In this document: positions 27,004-40,850 of the stretch, piece by piece | How the letters are laid out: every line of letters starts with the position of its first letter | Position numbering within the stretch: position 1 is the stretch's first letter | NCBI RefSeq assembly: GCF_009914755.1 | Contig: NC_060938.1 | DNA length: 64,000 bases | Origin: the human T2T-CHM13v2.0 reference genome, Homo sapiens | Direction: 5' to 3' (one strand) | The notes under the pieces: model-generated | Database searches by the model: none | What the model was told of the DNA's origin: nothing | What the model saw: the letters and a program-made list of their open reading frames with translations, nothing else | Made by a program: the position numbers and the translations under genes

Positions 27004-30000
27004 AAAAACCCCATATGTTCTTCTTAATAGATCCAGAAAAATCATTTGATAAAATCCAACATCCCTTTAAGACGAAAACCTTCAACAAACTAGGCATAGA
27101 AGGTACTCACCCCAAATTAATAAAAGCCATATGTGACAAACCCACAGCCAACATTATACTGAATGGGGAAAAGTTGAAAGCATTCCCACTGGGCATTGGA
27201 ACAAGACAAGACACCACTTCTATTCAACATAGTACCAGAAGTCCTAGCCAGAGCAAGCAGGCAAGAGAAAGAAATAAAGGGCATTCAAATTGGAAAGGAG
27301 GAAGTCAGACTATCGATATTTGCTGATGATGTTATCGTATACTTAGAAAACCCAAAAGACTCCTAGATTTAATAAACAAATTCAGTAAAATCTCAAGTTA
27401 CTAAGTCAATGCACACAAATCAGTACCACTGCTATATACGAACAATGACCAAGCTGAGAATCAAATCAAGAACCTAATCTCTTTTGCAGAAGTTGCCAAA
27501 TATTATAATAATAATAATAAGAAGAAGATACCTAGGAATATACTTAACCAAAAAGGTAAAAGATCACTACAAGGAGAACTACAAAACACTAATGAAAGAA
27601 ATTGTAGGTGACACAAACAAATGGAAACACATCCTATGCTCATGGATTGGAAGAATCAATATTGTAAAAAATGACCATACTCCCCAAAGCAATCTACAGA
27701 TACATTGCAATTCCTATCAAAATATCAACATTATTTTTCACAGAATTTGAAAAAGCATCTTAAAATTCATATGGAACCAAAAAAGATCCCAAATAGCCAA
27801 AGCACTCCTTAGCAGAAAGAACAAATCTGCCGGTATCACATTATCAGACTTCAAGTTATACTACAAGACTATCATAAACAAAACAGCATAGTATTGGTAT
27901 AAAAGTAGACACATAGACCAATGGAACAAAATAGAGAATCCAGAAATAAAGCCAAATATTTACAACCAACTCATCTACAAAGCACACAAAAACACAAATT
28001 GGAGAAAGGACAGCCTATTTAATAAATGATGCAGGGAAAACTGGCTAGCCACATGAAGAAGAATGAAACTGGATCACTACCTCTCATCTTATAAAAAAAT
28101 GAACTCAAGATGGATCAAAGACCTAAATGTAAGACCTGAAACCATAAAAATTCTAGAAGATAACCCTGGAAAAATTCTTCTGGACATTGGGCTAGGCAAA
28201 GAATTCATGACTAAAACCCCAAGAGCAAATGCAACAAAAACAAAAACAAATATATGGGACCTGACTAAATTAAAAGCTTCTGCTCAGCAAAAGAAATAAT
28301 CAACAGAGTAAAAAGACAACCTACAGAATGGGAAAAAATATTTGCAATGTTTACATCTAACAAAAGACTGCTATCCAGAATTTACAAGGAACTCAAACAA
28401 ATTAGCAAGAAAAGAACAAATAATCCCATCAGAAAGTGGGCAAAGGATATGCACAGACATTTCTCAAAAGAAGATATACAAATGGCCAATAAACATATGA
28501 AAAAAATGCTTAACATCTCTAATCATAAAGGAAATGCAAATTAAAACCACAATTATATACCACCTTATTCCTGCAAGAATGGTCATTATTAAAAAGTCAA
28601 AAAACCATAGATGTTGGCATGGATGTGGTTAAAGAGGAATGTTTATACAGTGCTGATGGGAATGTAAATTCATACAACCTCTGTGGAAAATAGTATGGCG
28701 ATCCCTTTAAGAACTAAAAGTAGATCTACCATTCAATCCAGCAATCCCACTACTGAGTATCAACGCAAAGGAAAAGAAGTTATTATATGAAAAAAACACA
28801 TGCACATGTAGGTTTATTGCAGTACAATTCACAATTGCCAAGATACGGAACCAACCTAAGTGCCCACTGACCAACGAGTGGATAAAGAAAATTTGGTATA
28901 TATACACCACGGAAGACTATTCAGCCATAAAAAGGAATGAAATAATGTCTTTTGTAGCAACTTGGATATAGCTGGAGGCCATTATTCTAGGTGAAGTAAT
29001 TTAAGAATGAACAAACTAATACCATGTGTCATCACTCATAGTGGAAGCTAAGCTATGAGCACACGAAGGCATACAGCATGATATAATGGACTTTGGAGAC
29101 TCAGAGGGAGGATGTTGGAAATGAGGGTGTAAGATTAAAGACTACTTATTGAGTACAACGTACACTACTTGGCTAATGGGTGCACTAAGGTCTCACAATT
29201 CACCACTATATAATTCATCCATGTAACCAAAAACTACTTGTAAACCCCAAAAGCTTATTGGGGTACATGTGGTATTTTTAATAATTTTTTATATTTAAAA
29301 ACATTACAAATAAATAAAAGAAAGAAAATACATTCTCAAAAAAATAAAATAAACATCGAAAATATACAATAAAAATATGGTATAAAAGGTAAAAAATGGT
29401 ACACCTGTATAGGACACTTACCATAAATGGAGCTTGCAGGACTAGAAATTGCTCTGGGTGAAATCAGTGAGTGAATGGTGAGTAAATGTGAAGGCCTGTG
29501 CTATTACTGTACACTACTGTAGACCATATAAGCACTATACAGATAGACTACATGAAATTTATTTTTTAAAATTTCTTTCTTCAATAATGAATTAACTGTT
29601 GTTTATTGTAACTTTTTTACTTTATAAATTCTTAATTTTTTTAACTTTTTGACTTTTTTGTAATAACACTTAGCTTACAATACAAATACATTGTATACAT
29701 GTATAAGAATAGTTTCTTTTTTATATCCCTATCCTATATATTATATTATTTACTATTTTTTAAATTTTTTATGTTTGTTTTTTTTTTTTTTTACTTTTTA
29801 AACTTTTTTTGTTAAAAACTAAGACACAAACACACACAGTAGCCTAGGTCTACACGGAGTCACGGTCATTAATATCACTGTCTTCCATCTCCATGTCTTG
29901 TCCCTCTGAAAGGTCTTCAGGGACAAGAATATGCATGGAGCTGTTAGCCTGTGATAACAATACCTTCTTCTGGAATACCTCCTGAGAGACCTGCTTGAGG

Positions 30001-30392
30001 TTGTTTTACAGTTACATTTTTATGAGTAGAAATAGTACATTCTAAAATATTGATATAGTATATAAATATATAAACCAGTATCATAGTCATTTGTTACCAT
30101 TATCAAGTATAATATACACTCTACATAACTGTGTGTGATGTACTTTCATATGACTGGCAGTGCAGTCTGTTTACACCAGCAGCATAAACATGTGAGTAAT
30201 GCACTGCACTAAGACATTATGACGGCAATGATGTCATAGGGATAAAACTTTTTCAGCTTTCTTATTATCTGATGGGACCACCATAATATAGAGTCCATTG
30301 TTAACTGAAATGTTGTTACGTGCTGCATGACTGTAGATAAGCCCGTTAGAAAGTAATAAAAAAAAATATATATATATGTTTCCCAGGTATTA

Positions 30393-30827
<435 letters not shown>

Positions 30828-31703
30828 AAGAAGAATAGCAGAACTAGCCACCTACAAATTTATTTCCCTGAAGCTCAGAACCACAAGTCTACATGGTTAC
30901 TTCTGGGGTTCTGGCAATCGCTAAGGCATCTCTACCAAATGAGAACAACCTGCAAGATATATCTTGGCCTCCTCTGATTTGACAAGCATAGAATGTGGCA
31001 CATTAGCATAACAGAACAGCAGCACCATTTTCATTTCCACCATCATCAAGCTACTTTGAGTCACATCACCTTTTATCCTAACAAAGATCCTGCTACATAG
31101 CTATTATCTGTCCCCACTTTATGTAACATTAATGGGAAAATGCTTTTAAATGGCTGCAACAGACTGTTTCTTTGTTTTAGGCAATCCCTGACATTCATCT
31201 CAGGAGTAGATAAAGTTTAAGAAAGCTCAGTAAGGGGTTATTTTTGGTATTCATCAGAGGTAGCCATCAGAGCCTCATCTAAGATGGAAGCTAAGACATA
31301 GAAGAGCTCCTGGAAATGTCAGCCGAGCAGAGCCTAAGGAGAAGACACCAGTGAAGAAGCCCTCGTGACCAAATAGCCAAAGGTCCCTAACAACTGTGAT
31401 GTCTAATATTCAATTTTAGGCAATTTTGTTAAAATTACAGTAACCCTTCTCCCTTCTACTTCTATTATGCTCCAGAAATGAAAAGAGTAACAGCCATTTA
31501 TAGGGCAAAGCTAGGAGAGAGGAAAGTTGACAAGGTGAAACAGCGATGGGGTTTTAAGAATAGAACAGAAGAAAGAACTTACAAGTGTGTCTGTTTCTCT
31601 TCTTCCCCACTGTCATCATCCTGGTTTAAGCAATTGTCACAGTAAGTGTGACAGAGTTGCAACATTGTTCCTACTTCTCTTCTTTGTAGAAAATAATCCA
31701 GAG

Positions 31704-31794
31704 TGGATGTGGTGAAGGAGGAATGCTTATACACTGCTGATGGGAATGTAAATTCCTACAACCTCTGTGAAAAATAGTATGGCGATTCCTTTAA
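31704..31794 (+). repeat. 91-bp L1PB ORF2 fragment matching 28620-28710
   Basis: Ungapped alignment, 84/91 identical; no poly(A) tail or TSD. Confidence 0.85.
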
Positions 31795-32569
31795 TTCTGC
31801 CCTAACTAATCTGCTTTTCCTCATGAATCCTAACTGTGCAGTACATCAACAAAAAAATAAACAAAAACACTAAATGTCCACTCTGATAAACTCAATCTGA
31901 CATGCTACCCAAATATTCCTGTTTAGATAATGCTAAGACTTTTTAGTCAAAACTGTTTCATTTCCCATTGTTGTTCCCATCTCCTGATCAATTTTAAGAT
32001 GGCTTCATGGTATAGCTCATGGGGATAGGTATGGTCTATGTGATCTAGAGGCGAGGAGATATGGGGTGGTGTTATGGCTCTCTGGGTGTCCGAAGGATGG
32101 CTCTTGCATCATGGATTGCTACTTGGCCTGCTGGTCTTCATAGCTACACTCAGTAACTGCAGATCTTATAACCCAATTCCTCTGATCTAGCTCAGGATCC
32201 TGCAGTGTCGCCTGGTTTTCTTCAATTCTGTTACCCCCACAGGTCCCTCTGAACCTTTGCCATATTAAGCTAGCTTCTATTCTGCATTTTCCTCCCTACA
32301 TGCCTCTTTATTGTTCATGACAGAAGGGACCCAATGACAGACAGCCCAGCATTCAATCCAGCATCCAAACCGTACATGACCCTAAAGGATGAAAGAAAGG
32401 AATTTAGAAATCTCTCCTCATTTCTCTCTCTTTCTCTCTCATGTTTGAATTTACACCAATTACCATCCTGCAAAATTCTTTTTGACTGTCAAACACTAAC
32501 AAGTAACCCTCTTATTCTCCTTTCATTCCTGTGTCATCATCTTAACGGTGGGGGGCAGATACGTATGCT

Positions 32570-32940
32570 TCAAGCAGACTACAAGGTTAATGTATACATA
32601 CGAAAATGAAAAATTTAAAAATGCTTTTATATATTACTTATTTTGTTCCATGAGATCTCAGTCAATAAATATTTCTTGTATGAAAGAAATACATAAATTT
32701 TTAAATTGAAACAAAATGAAATACAGAAAATAGCAACAAACCTACCAGACCTAACTAACCACACAGCTGGTGATAAAACTCTGGAAAAACAATAAGTTCC
32801 TGCAAGTCTTTCTTCACCTTCCTACAATTTCATCTTACAGAAATAAAAAGTGTCTGTAAATATAATTTCAACAAGAAAAAATTAGTGCTTTATTAGTTCA
32901 TGGTGGCAGTTTATGGTGAAAGTTGAAGTTTATAATACTA
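32570..32940 (+). mobile_element. Possible L1MC-type 3'UTR fragment
   Basis: ACCTAACTAACCACACAG resembles L1MC3/4 3'UTR; weak match. Confidence 0.3.
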
Positions 32941-34852
32941 GACTTTGGCTTAAAACAAAGCAAACACAAAGATGCTTATTTTGTTCTGCTTTTCTTCAAG
33001 GAGAAAAATAATCTTGAATAGATTTTAAAAAACTATGGAAACATATTGAAAACTCACGTGTTTTAAATGAAAATAATTTCTAAAGCTTAGAAAAATTCTA
33101 CTACATGATATGAAAAGACATCATAGTTGTAATTGAGATCTATTGCCTATAATTTTGAGAAATTTTAACTAATGAAAAAGGGAAGGCTTTGAGAGCAAGA
33201 CTGTATTGGAGTTGCTCCATTTCACTTTCATGGAAGTAAGTGAAAACGTTCTTCAAAGAAAATGAAGCAAAGGCCCAAGATTGGAAAACAGACAAAGTAA
33301 GATTTAGCTGTAGGCTGTAGTGCTGGTACATGTGAGGAGGCAGTTAAAGAGAAACCTGGAAGAGACTGAAATCAGATCCTGGGGAACCAGGAACACCAGA
33401 CTAAGTAATTTATTCACTGTGTTTTATTTAGCCTTTTATCCTAGGGACACAACTCAGAGCATATATATTCTCCTTATCATTATTTATTTTATCAAAGAAA
33501 TACTCTCTACCGTAAGCACACTTTGGGGGATTCTATGCTGATGTGTGTAGTTAGCCATGATCCCTTGGGTTGCTTCAAACATGTGTATGTGTTTTATCAA
33601 TATTATAACAGGAGACTAAGTCTAGGGAACTAGAAGCAAGTGGGCAATGCCCTAGGAAGCAATCGAGAGGAGATACAGTTTTCACATCAATTTCAAAGGT
33701 GAATTATACAAGCCTTGTCATAAAACCAAAAAAGAAATGAATTTCCAAGGATGGAAAATAATGAGATGGCTAAAAAAGCAAAAGGCCCAGAGACAGAGCA
33801 GATTTGTTAGGCTAATGAGAAGTATGAAAAAAAATTATAGAAGAAAGAGCTACATTTTACATTACCTACTTCCACTTACTACAAAGTATCCAAGCACAGA
33901 AAGTTTGACTTAACACCTACGAAAAGAAATTATGATTTCCGAACATTGACAGATTTTCCTGCCATGGCCAGCCATGCCAGGGTTCTTTCCTTCGTCTATG
34001 AGACTCATGATGCTTTCAGAGCTTTTTCCAAAGAAATAAATCAGAATGTGTCTATTTAACAATATGTCTTTTCCATTTCCTTCCAAATTTTACAATCATA
34101 AGTGGAAATAGATTTCTCCATAGTTTATGTCCCTTTCTCCAAAGAGAGTAGAAATTTATACTCAATAACCAGCTCTGCCTTTTTCCCCTTCAAGGGGCAG
34201 AAGTGATGACTCAAGTATAAAAGAAGAGTGAAAACAATGGTAAAATGAAAGTTTAAATTTAAACAGAAAAAGAAATTTTGATTTCAAATTTTCTTTATAA
34301 AAAGTGTTGACAATATGCTTTAGAAAACACATGACGAATAAATACTTTGCTGCTCAAACCCATTGGATATTGCACTGGGCATACTCCAGCATTTAATGAA
34401 TATTTATTAAATGACTGGTAGGCTCTGAAGAACAAGTAGGTAAGGACTAAACACTGCAGCAGTTAGTACTTTCAACAGATGCTAATGATTAGGAAACCAT
34501 TTACGATCTACAATAACAGATGAACATACAATAAAGATAATTTGCTTCACAGTATTCATAACCAAATTGATAGTAATTTTTAACTTCTGATTCCAATTGT
34601 GATGATGGAAATGAGATGGGATTTATAACTACAAAATGAACAGGCCGTACAAGGCTGTGATCCCTAAATAAAGAGAAAAAGCAACATACGCCCTAGGATT
34701 GCACCAGTCTGCTGCCTGGAGTCAGTTTCTAGGCTGCAATCCAAGGAAGGGGACCCAATTAGAGTCCAAAGTTTCATTAAGTTGAAAAAAACAGAGATTG
34801 GAGTTTGCGGATGCCAAGGCAGCTAGAATTTGCCATCTAAAACACCAGACAG

Positions 34853-35162
34853 GGCCAGGCGCAGTAGCTCACTCCTTTAATCCCAGCACTTTGGGAGGGT
34901 GGATCACTGGAGGCCGGGAGTTCGAGACCATCCTGGCCAATATAGCAAAACCCCTTCTCTACTAAAAATGTCAAAAAATTAGCCAGGTGTAGTGGTGCAT
35001 GCCTGTATTCCCAGCTACTTCGGAGGCTGAGACAGAATTGCTTGAGCCTAGGAGGCAGAGGTTGCAGTAAGCCGAGATTGTGCTACTGCACTCTCGCCTG
35101 GGCAACAGAGTGAGACTCTGTCCCCCACAAAAAATTTTTTTAATACAAAATTTAAAAAATAA
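34853..35162 (+). mobile_element. Old Alu (AluSz6/AluJ-like)
   Basis: Dimeric Alu; 15-bp TSD TAAAACACCAGA(C/T)AG at 34838-34852 and 35163-35177. Confidence 0.94.
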
Positions 35163-35434
35163 TAAAACACCAGATAGGCATGAACTGCACAGAGAGAGCT
35201 CTGGATACTTAAATACTGATCTGCTCATGTATGAGGGAAAACTACCCAAGACCAAGGAAATAACCACTAAAAAGTAATAAGCAGAGTTTATACTGGGCTT
35301 AAAATCATTCAGACAACATGGAAACACCTCCTAATATGAAGGACATTGGCTAAAATTCTGAGAAAGATATCTCCTTAATAATGGGGCTAAATTCTGCCTA
35401 TATTAGAGTCTGCTCTGGACTCACCCTAAATTTA

Positions 35435-35832
<398 letters not shown>

Positions 35833-36887
35833 AAAAAAACAACTGAACACAGAAACCAAGAACATACAATCCACAATGACCATCAGACCATCATCTAATG
35901 AACATTACTAGGTACACAGAAAAAAAGGAACATATGACTCATTACTAAGTATCAATCCATAGAATCAAACACAGAAATAGCAGATCATAGAATTAGCATT
36001 AACATACATTTAAAGGGCTACCATAAATATTTGTCATAGGTTCAAGAAGGTAGAGAAAAATCTGAACATAATGAGGAAAGAAATGGATAATATACAAAAT
36101 GCATAGTGAACTTGGAGAAACACAGAGAAAATATGCTAAGGGAAAAGTGACAGCATCAGTAATTTGTAGGAGAATATCAGGTAGACTAACATACTTGTAA
36201 TTAGACGTCCAGAGGCGAAGAGAGAAAGAAGAGGATACAGAAAAAAAAGTTAAAGAAATAATGTTTGAAAAAAACCCAAATCTGGTTTTTTAAAAATGAA
36301 ACCTCAGCTCTAAGAATCTCGACAAACCTGAAGTAAAAGAAAGGTAAAGAAAACTCACAAGGCCATATCATAAGAAAGTTGCTGAATACCAGAAGTAAAA
36401 GAAAAATCTTAAAAACAGCCTAAGAAAAAATGATATCATGACAGACTAAATGATTAATCACATGCTGTATGGCAGAAGGGCAGGGAGATGGAGCATGATG
36501 TGTAGTGTTTGCTAATTCCTGGGGTGTCGCTACTTCTACCTTGTCTATCTGCGACTGATGTCCTTCAATACTGAGTTTGGGGCTGAGGCACACAGTCAGC
36601 TCTCACAAGGTGGTAACAAGTTAAACACAGCACACCACTGCACACAGAAAGAACAAATCTAAGAAAGGCAGTAGACTTCTTGTCAGAAGCCATGCAAGCA
36701 ATAGGACAAAGGCACAGTTAGTTTAAAGCAGTGAAGGAAAAAAAATCAACTTGGAATCACCTATTAAGCAAAAACATCTTTCAAAAATAAAGGCACACTA
36801 AAAACTCCTTTACTTAAACAAAAGCTTAACTTAAAACTGACCACCAGCAGGCTAAGATATACTACAATAAATATTAAAATAATTTCT

Positions 36888-37624
36888 TATGCAAATCAAA
36901 ACCACAGTGAGGTATCATCTCACGCCAGTCAGAATGGCAATCTTTAAAAACTCAGAAAGCAACAGATGCTGGAGAGGATGTGGAGAAATAGGAATGCTTT
37001 TACACTGTTGGTGGGACTGTAATCTAGTTCAACCATTGTGGAAGACAGTGTGGTGATTCCTCAAGGATCTAGAACTAGAAATACCATTTGACCCAGCCAT
37101 CCCATTACTGGGTACATACCCAAAGGATTATAAGTCATTCTACTATAAAGACACATGCACACATATGTTTACTGCAGCACTGTTCACAATAGCAAAGACA
37201 TGGAACCTACCCAAATGCCCATCAATGATAGACTGGATAAAGAAAATGTGGCACATATACACCATGGAATACTATGCAGTGATAAAAAAAGGATTAGTCC
37301 ATGTCCTTTGCAGGGACGTGGATGAAACTTGAAACCATCATTCTCAGCACAGTAACACAAGAAGAGAAAACCAAACACTGCATGTTCTCACTTATAAGTG
37401 GGAGTTGAACAATGAGAACACGTGGACACAGGGAGGGGAACATCACACAACGGGTCCTGTCAGGGGGTAGGGGGCTGGGGGAGGGATAGCATTAAGAGAA
37501 ATACCTAATGTAAATGATGAGTTGATGGGTGCAGCAAAACGACACAGCACATGTATACCTATGTAACAAACCTGCACATTGTGCACATGTACCCCAGAAC
37601 TTAAAGTATAATAATAAAATAAAA
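36888..37624 (+). mobile_element. L1PA6/7-like 3' fragment
   Basis: ORF2 C-terminus plus 3'UTR (CATGTACCCCAGAACTTAAAGTATAAT); 13-bp TSD TAAAATAATTTCT at 36875-36887 and 37625-37637. Confidence 0.95.
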
Positions 37625-38539
37625 TAAAATAATTTCTCAAGGCAGAAGGAAAATAATATCAGATGAAAATTTGAACAGACATACAGGAATGAAGAGTGAC
37701 AGAAGTGATAATCCTGTCAATAAGCACAAATATGTATTTCTCATTTTCAAACTTTTAAAATGATAATTGATTATTAAAAGCAGAAATAATGATATATGTG
37801 TACATTTATTACATATGTAGAAGTAAAATACATGCCAACAATAGCACAAGGAATAGGAAAGGAAATGGAAGTGTATGTTTTAAGGTTCTACATGCTAAGT
37901 AAAATGTCACAAATTTTTTGAAGGTAGACAGTAATAAGGTAAAGATGTATATTGTAAGACCAGAACAAATATTAAAATAAAACAAGGAAGTACAGATTTT
38001 AAGTCAAAAGTAGAGATAAAAATGGAATAATAAAAAATTAATCCAGAAAAGTCAGAGAAAAGAGAAAAGTATAAAAAAGGTTGGGACAAACAAAAAATCA
38101 AAAGGTTGGGACAAATGAAGAAAGAAATAGCAAGATAGTATATTAAACTCACATTGATGGATATTATTATAGTAAATGTAAATGACCCACATACTCCAAT
38201 TAAAAGGAAAAGATTGAAATATTTGGTTAAAAAGAGTACCCTAATATAAGCTGTTAACAGGAAACCCACTTTAAACATAAAGATATAAATAAGTTAAAAG
38301 AACAAAAAGGAATATGCCACAAAAACAGGAATCAAAAACAAAAGCTGAAGTAGCTATGTTAATATCATATAAGCTACATTTCAGGACAAAAATAATACCT
38401 AGGATAAAATTAATCTTTTTATAATGATTCACAATTCATCAAGAGGCCATAACAATCCTCAATGTATAAGCTCCTCACAGAAATCCGAAGTACATGAGGC
38501 AAAAACTGAAAAAATGGGGAAAAAATATACATTCACAAC

Positions 38540-38970
38540 TGTGATGGTTAATACTGAGTGTCAACTTGATTGGACTGAAGGATGCAAAGTATTGTTCCCG
38601 GGTGTATCTGTGAGAATGTTGCCAAAGGAGATTAACATTTGAGTCAGTGGACTGGGAGAGGTAGCCCCACTCTCAATCTGTGTTGGCACATCTAACCAGA
38701 TGCCAGCACGGCCAGAATAAAAAGCAGGCAGAAGAACGTGGAGCAATTAGACAGGCCTAGCCTCCCAGCCTACATCTTTCTTCCATGCTGGATGCTTCCT
38801 GCCCTCAAACATCAGCTTTAGGACTCGGACTGGCTCCCTTGCTCCTCAGCTTGCAGACAAGCTATTGTGCAACCTTATGATCATGTAAGTTAATACTCCT
38901 TAATAAACTCCCCTTTATATATACATCTATTCTATTAGTTCTGTCCCTCTGGAGAACCCTGACTAATACA
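38540..38970 (+). mobile_element. HERV-L solo LTR, MLT2A1-like
   Basis: TGTGATGGTTAATACTGAGTGTCAACTTGATTGG...GAGAACCCTGACTAATACA; exact TSD ACAAC at 38535-38539 and 38971-38975. Confidence 0.93.
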
Positions 38971-40850
38971 ACAACTATGGTGGGATATTTCAATACCCTT
39001 TCTCAGTAACTGACAGAACAAAAACCAGACTCAGTAAAGATTAAAAAAAAAAGATTTAAACAACACAATGAAGGAAGTTATCTAATTGAAAGTCATAGAA
39101 CATTACTGCAAAGCCAGACTACACATTATTTCTTAAATGCATTCACCAAGATAAATGACATTTAAGATAGATTTATTCATTTATAAAACAAGTCTCAATA
39201 AAATTGATACAATTGAAATCAGGCCAGTAAGCTATCTGACAACAAGGTAATTAAACTGGAAATAAGTAATGGAAGGGTATCTGGAAAATCCTCAACTGTT
39301 TGAAAATTATACAACATGCTTCTAAATAGTCAAGGGTGAAAGAAGACATCTTGAAGGAAATTGGAAAAGACATTGATCTAATGAAAATGAATATAGAATG
39401 TTCAAGAATTGAGGAATTCAACTAGAGTGATGCTTAGAAGGACATTTATAGCATTAAATGCTTATATTAGAAAAGGAAAGAGATTTCAGATAAATTATCT
39501 AAGCTTTCACCTTAGATCATGCAAAATCAATGGCAAAAAGAAATGATAAATAACTTTTTAAAGAGCAAAAACTAATGATATTTACAGGGAAAAATAGAGA
39601 AAAATCAATAGAATCGAAAGGTCGTTTTTGAGATGTCAAGAAACTGAAAAAATGTCTAACCAGACTGATGAGAAAAAAATAAGGAAAAAGTCACCAATTG
39701 TCAATATTAGGGACATCACTATGGGCATCACTATGAATCAAACATTTAAAGACTAAGAGAAAATTATGAACAATTGCCTATAAATTTGACAACCTAGATA
39801 AAATAGACAAGTTTCTTAAAACTTGTGAGATTTAAGTCAATAAATGTGATTCACCACATAGAAATAATTAAAAATGAAATTACAAAAGTAACTCAACAAG
39901 AAATACATAACTTGAATAGCAGTATATCTAGGAAAGAAATCCATCATAAAAATCTTTTCCACAGAGAAACTTCCAGGTGTAAACAGTTTTAGAGGTAAAT
40001 TCTATTAAACATTTAAGAAAGAAATAATACTCTTCTGGGAAATAAAATAAGAGGCATCTCTTTCTAACCTATTTAATAGGGGCAACATTAAGATAAATCC
40101 TGATGCCAAAACCAGACAGTATTGCAAGGAAAAGAATAATAACTATAGACCAATATTCCTCATGAACATAGACACAAAAATTCTTAACAAATTCTTTACA
40201 AATTGAATCCAGTGATATTTTTAAAGTGTAATGTCTCATGGCCCAGTGTGTTTTATTCCAAGAATGCAAAGTTGCTTAAAAATGTAAAAGCCAATCAATG
40301 TATCTCACCATTTTAAAAGACCTAAAAAGAAACCATACAAACTTCTCGATAAATGCAGAAAAGATTTTGAAAAAATTCAACATCCATTCGTGATATTTAA
40401 AAAATCCTCATCACATAGGAATAAAAAGTGAAATATTTAACCCCATATAGGAAACGTGTTAAAAAAATCCTACTGCTAATATTATATGTAATGGTGAAAT
40501 ACTGAATGCTTTCCCTCGAATTTCAGGAACAAGGCAAAAATATATACTGGAGGTCTTAGCTTCTTTTTATTTGTGCATGGCATGATTACCTGTGTATAAA
40601 ATCCTTAGGAATATACAAAATAGTAACTGAGTGTAATAGAATTAATAAGTAGATTTACCAAATTTGCAAGAAACAATGTCAATAAGGGAAGATCAATAGT
40701 AACTCTCTACACATATAGTGGACAACTAGAAATTGAATTAAGATAACAATAGTTTCAGAACAGCTTAAAACATGACATAGAAATAAGTTTTATGTTTGTA
40801 AATCCTGTACAATGAAACCTACAAAACATTACTGAGACAAATAAAAGAAG

